Source: an uncultured bacterium
Lineage (GTDB): Bacteria; SAR324; NAC60-12
Assembly (NCBI GenBank): GCA_964010765.1
Contig: CAXGMD010000075.1
Span: forward strand, 1 to 16,213
Direction: 5' to 3'
Length of the DNA: 16,213 nucleotides
In this document: in pieces, positions 15,989-16,213 of the stretch
Numbering within the stretch: the first letter of the stretch is position 1
Layout: every line of letters begins with the position of its first letter
The notes under the pieces: model-generated
Databases searched by the model: none
Seen by the model: only the letters and a program-made list of their open reading frames with translations
Told to the model about the DNA's origin: nothing
Made by a program: the position numbers and the translations under genes

Positions 15989-16213
15989 CATGCCTGCCAT
16001 ACGTTTGACACGGTCAGTTGGAGAAATAATCTCAGTGATTCTTGCACCAAATTTTTCTTTATAAACTACGACTTCACCACGCGCAACGAGCTTACCATTG
16101 ACGAATACATCAAGGTCTTCCCCCACTAAACGGTGCAATTCTAGAACGGAACCTTGACCCAAAGAAAGCAAATCACTGATGCTCATCTTTGCACGGCCAA
16201 CTTCGAAAGTGAC
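15974..16213 (-). CDS. fliN: Flagellar motor switch protein FliN (SPOA domain), 5'-truncated by the window edge
   Basis: The frame is open from the window end: VTFEVGRAKMSISDLLSLGQGSVLELHRLVGEDLDVFVNGKLVARGEVVVYKEKFGARITEIISPTDRV. The Met at 16186 is probably internal. A FliY-type fusion cannot be excluded. Confidence 0.9.
   Translation of the reverse strand, partial: VTFEVGRAKMSISDLLSLGQGSVLELHRLVGEDLDVFVNGKLVARGEVVVYKEKFGARITEIISPTDRVKRMAGMDRYR

Noticed and set aside
1..16213. CRISPR array, tRNA/rRNA, prophage or defence island
   Set aside because: I saw no regularly spaced repeats, cloverleaf or rRNA signatures, phage genes or recognisable defence genes. The helicase has no adjacent methylase or nuclease.

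Overview
A bacterial chromosomal window with nearly all genes on the + strand. The proteins look deltaproteobacterial, possibly SAR324-like, but that is an inference. It opens with the last 33 codons and probable right end of an IS5-family element that the ORF track misses. An AT-rich intergenic region with a sigma54-type promoter follows, then a divergent clpB. Next is a tightly coupled run: SCO-family copper chaperone, an unknown exported His/Cys-bearing protein, an orphan YejF-like dual ABC ATPase and flhB. After a gap holding a second sigma54-like motif come flhA-flhF-flhG-fliA, two small unknown ORFs, a class V (alanine-glyoxylate/serine-pyruvate type) aminotransferase and an XPB/Rad25-like helicase. 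The window ends with the 3' part of a convergent fliN. The most unusual signal is a perfect 20-bp palindrome where the helicase and fliN overlap, which makes both proteins end in DRYR-stop. Also notable are the putative SCO/His-Cys metal-handling pair, the flagellar cluster interleaved with unrelated genes, and a ClpB with altered pore loops. I found no rRNA, tRNA or CRISPR array.
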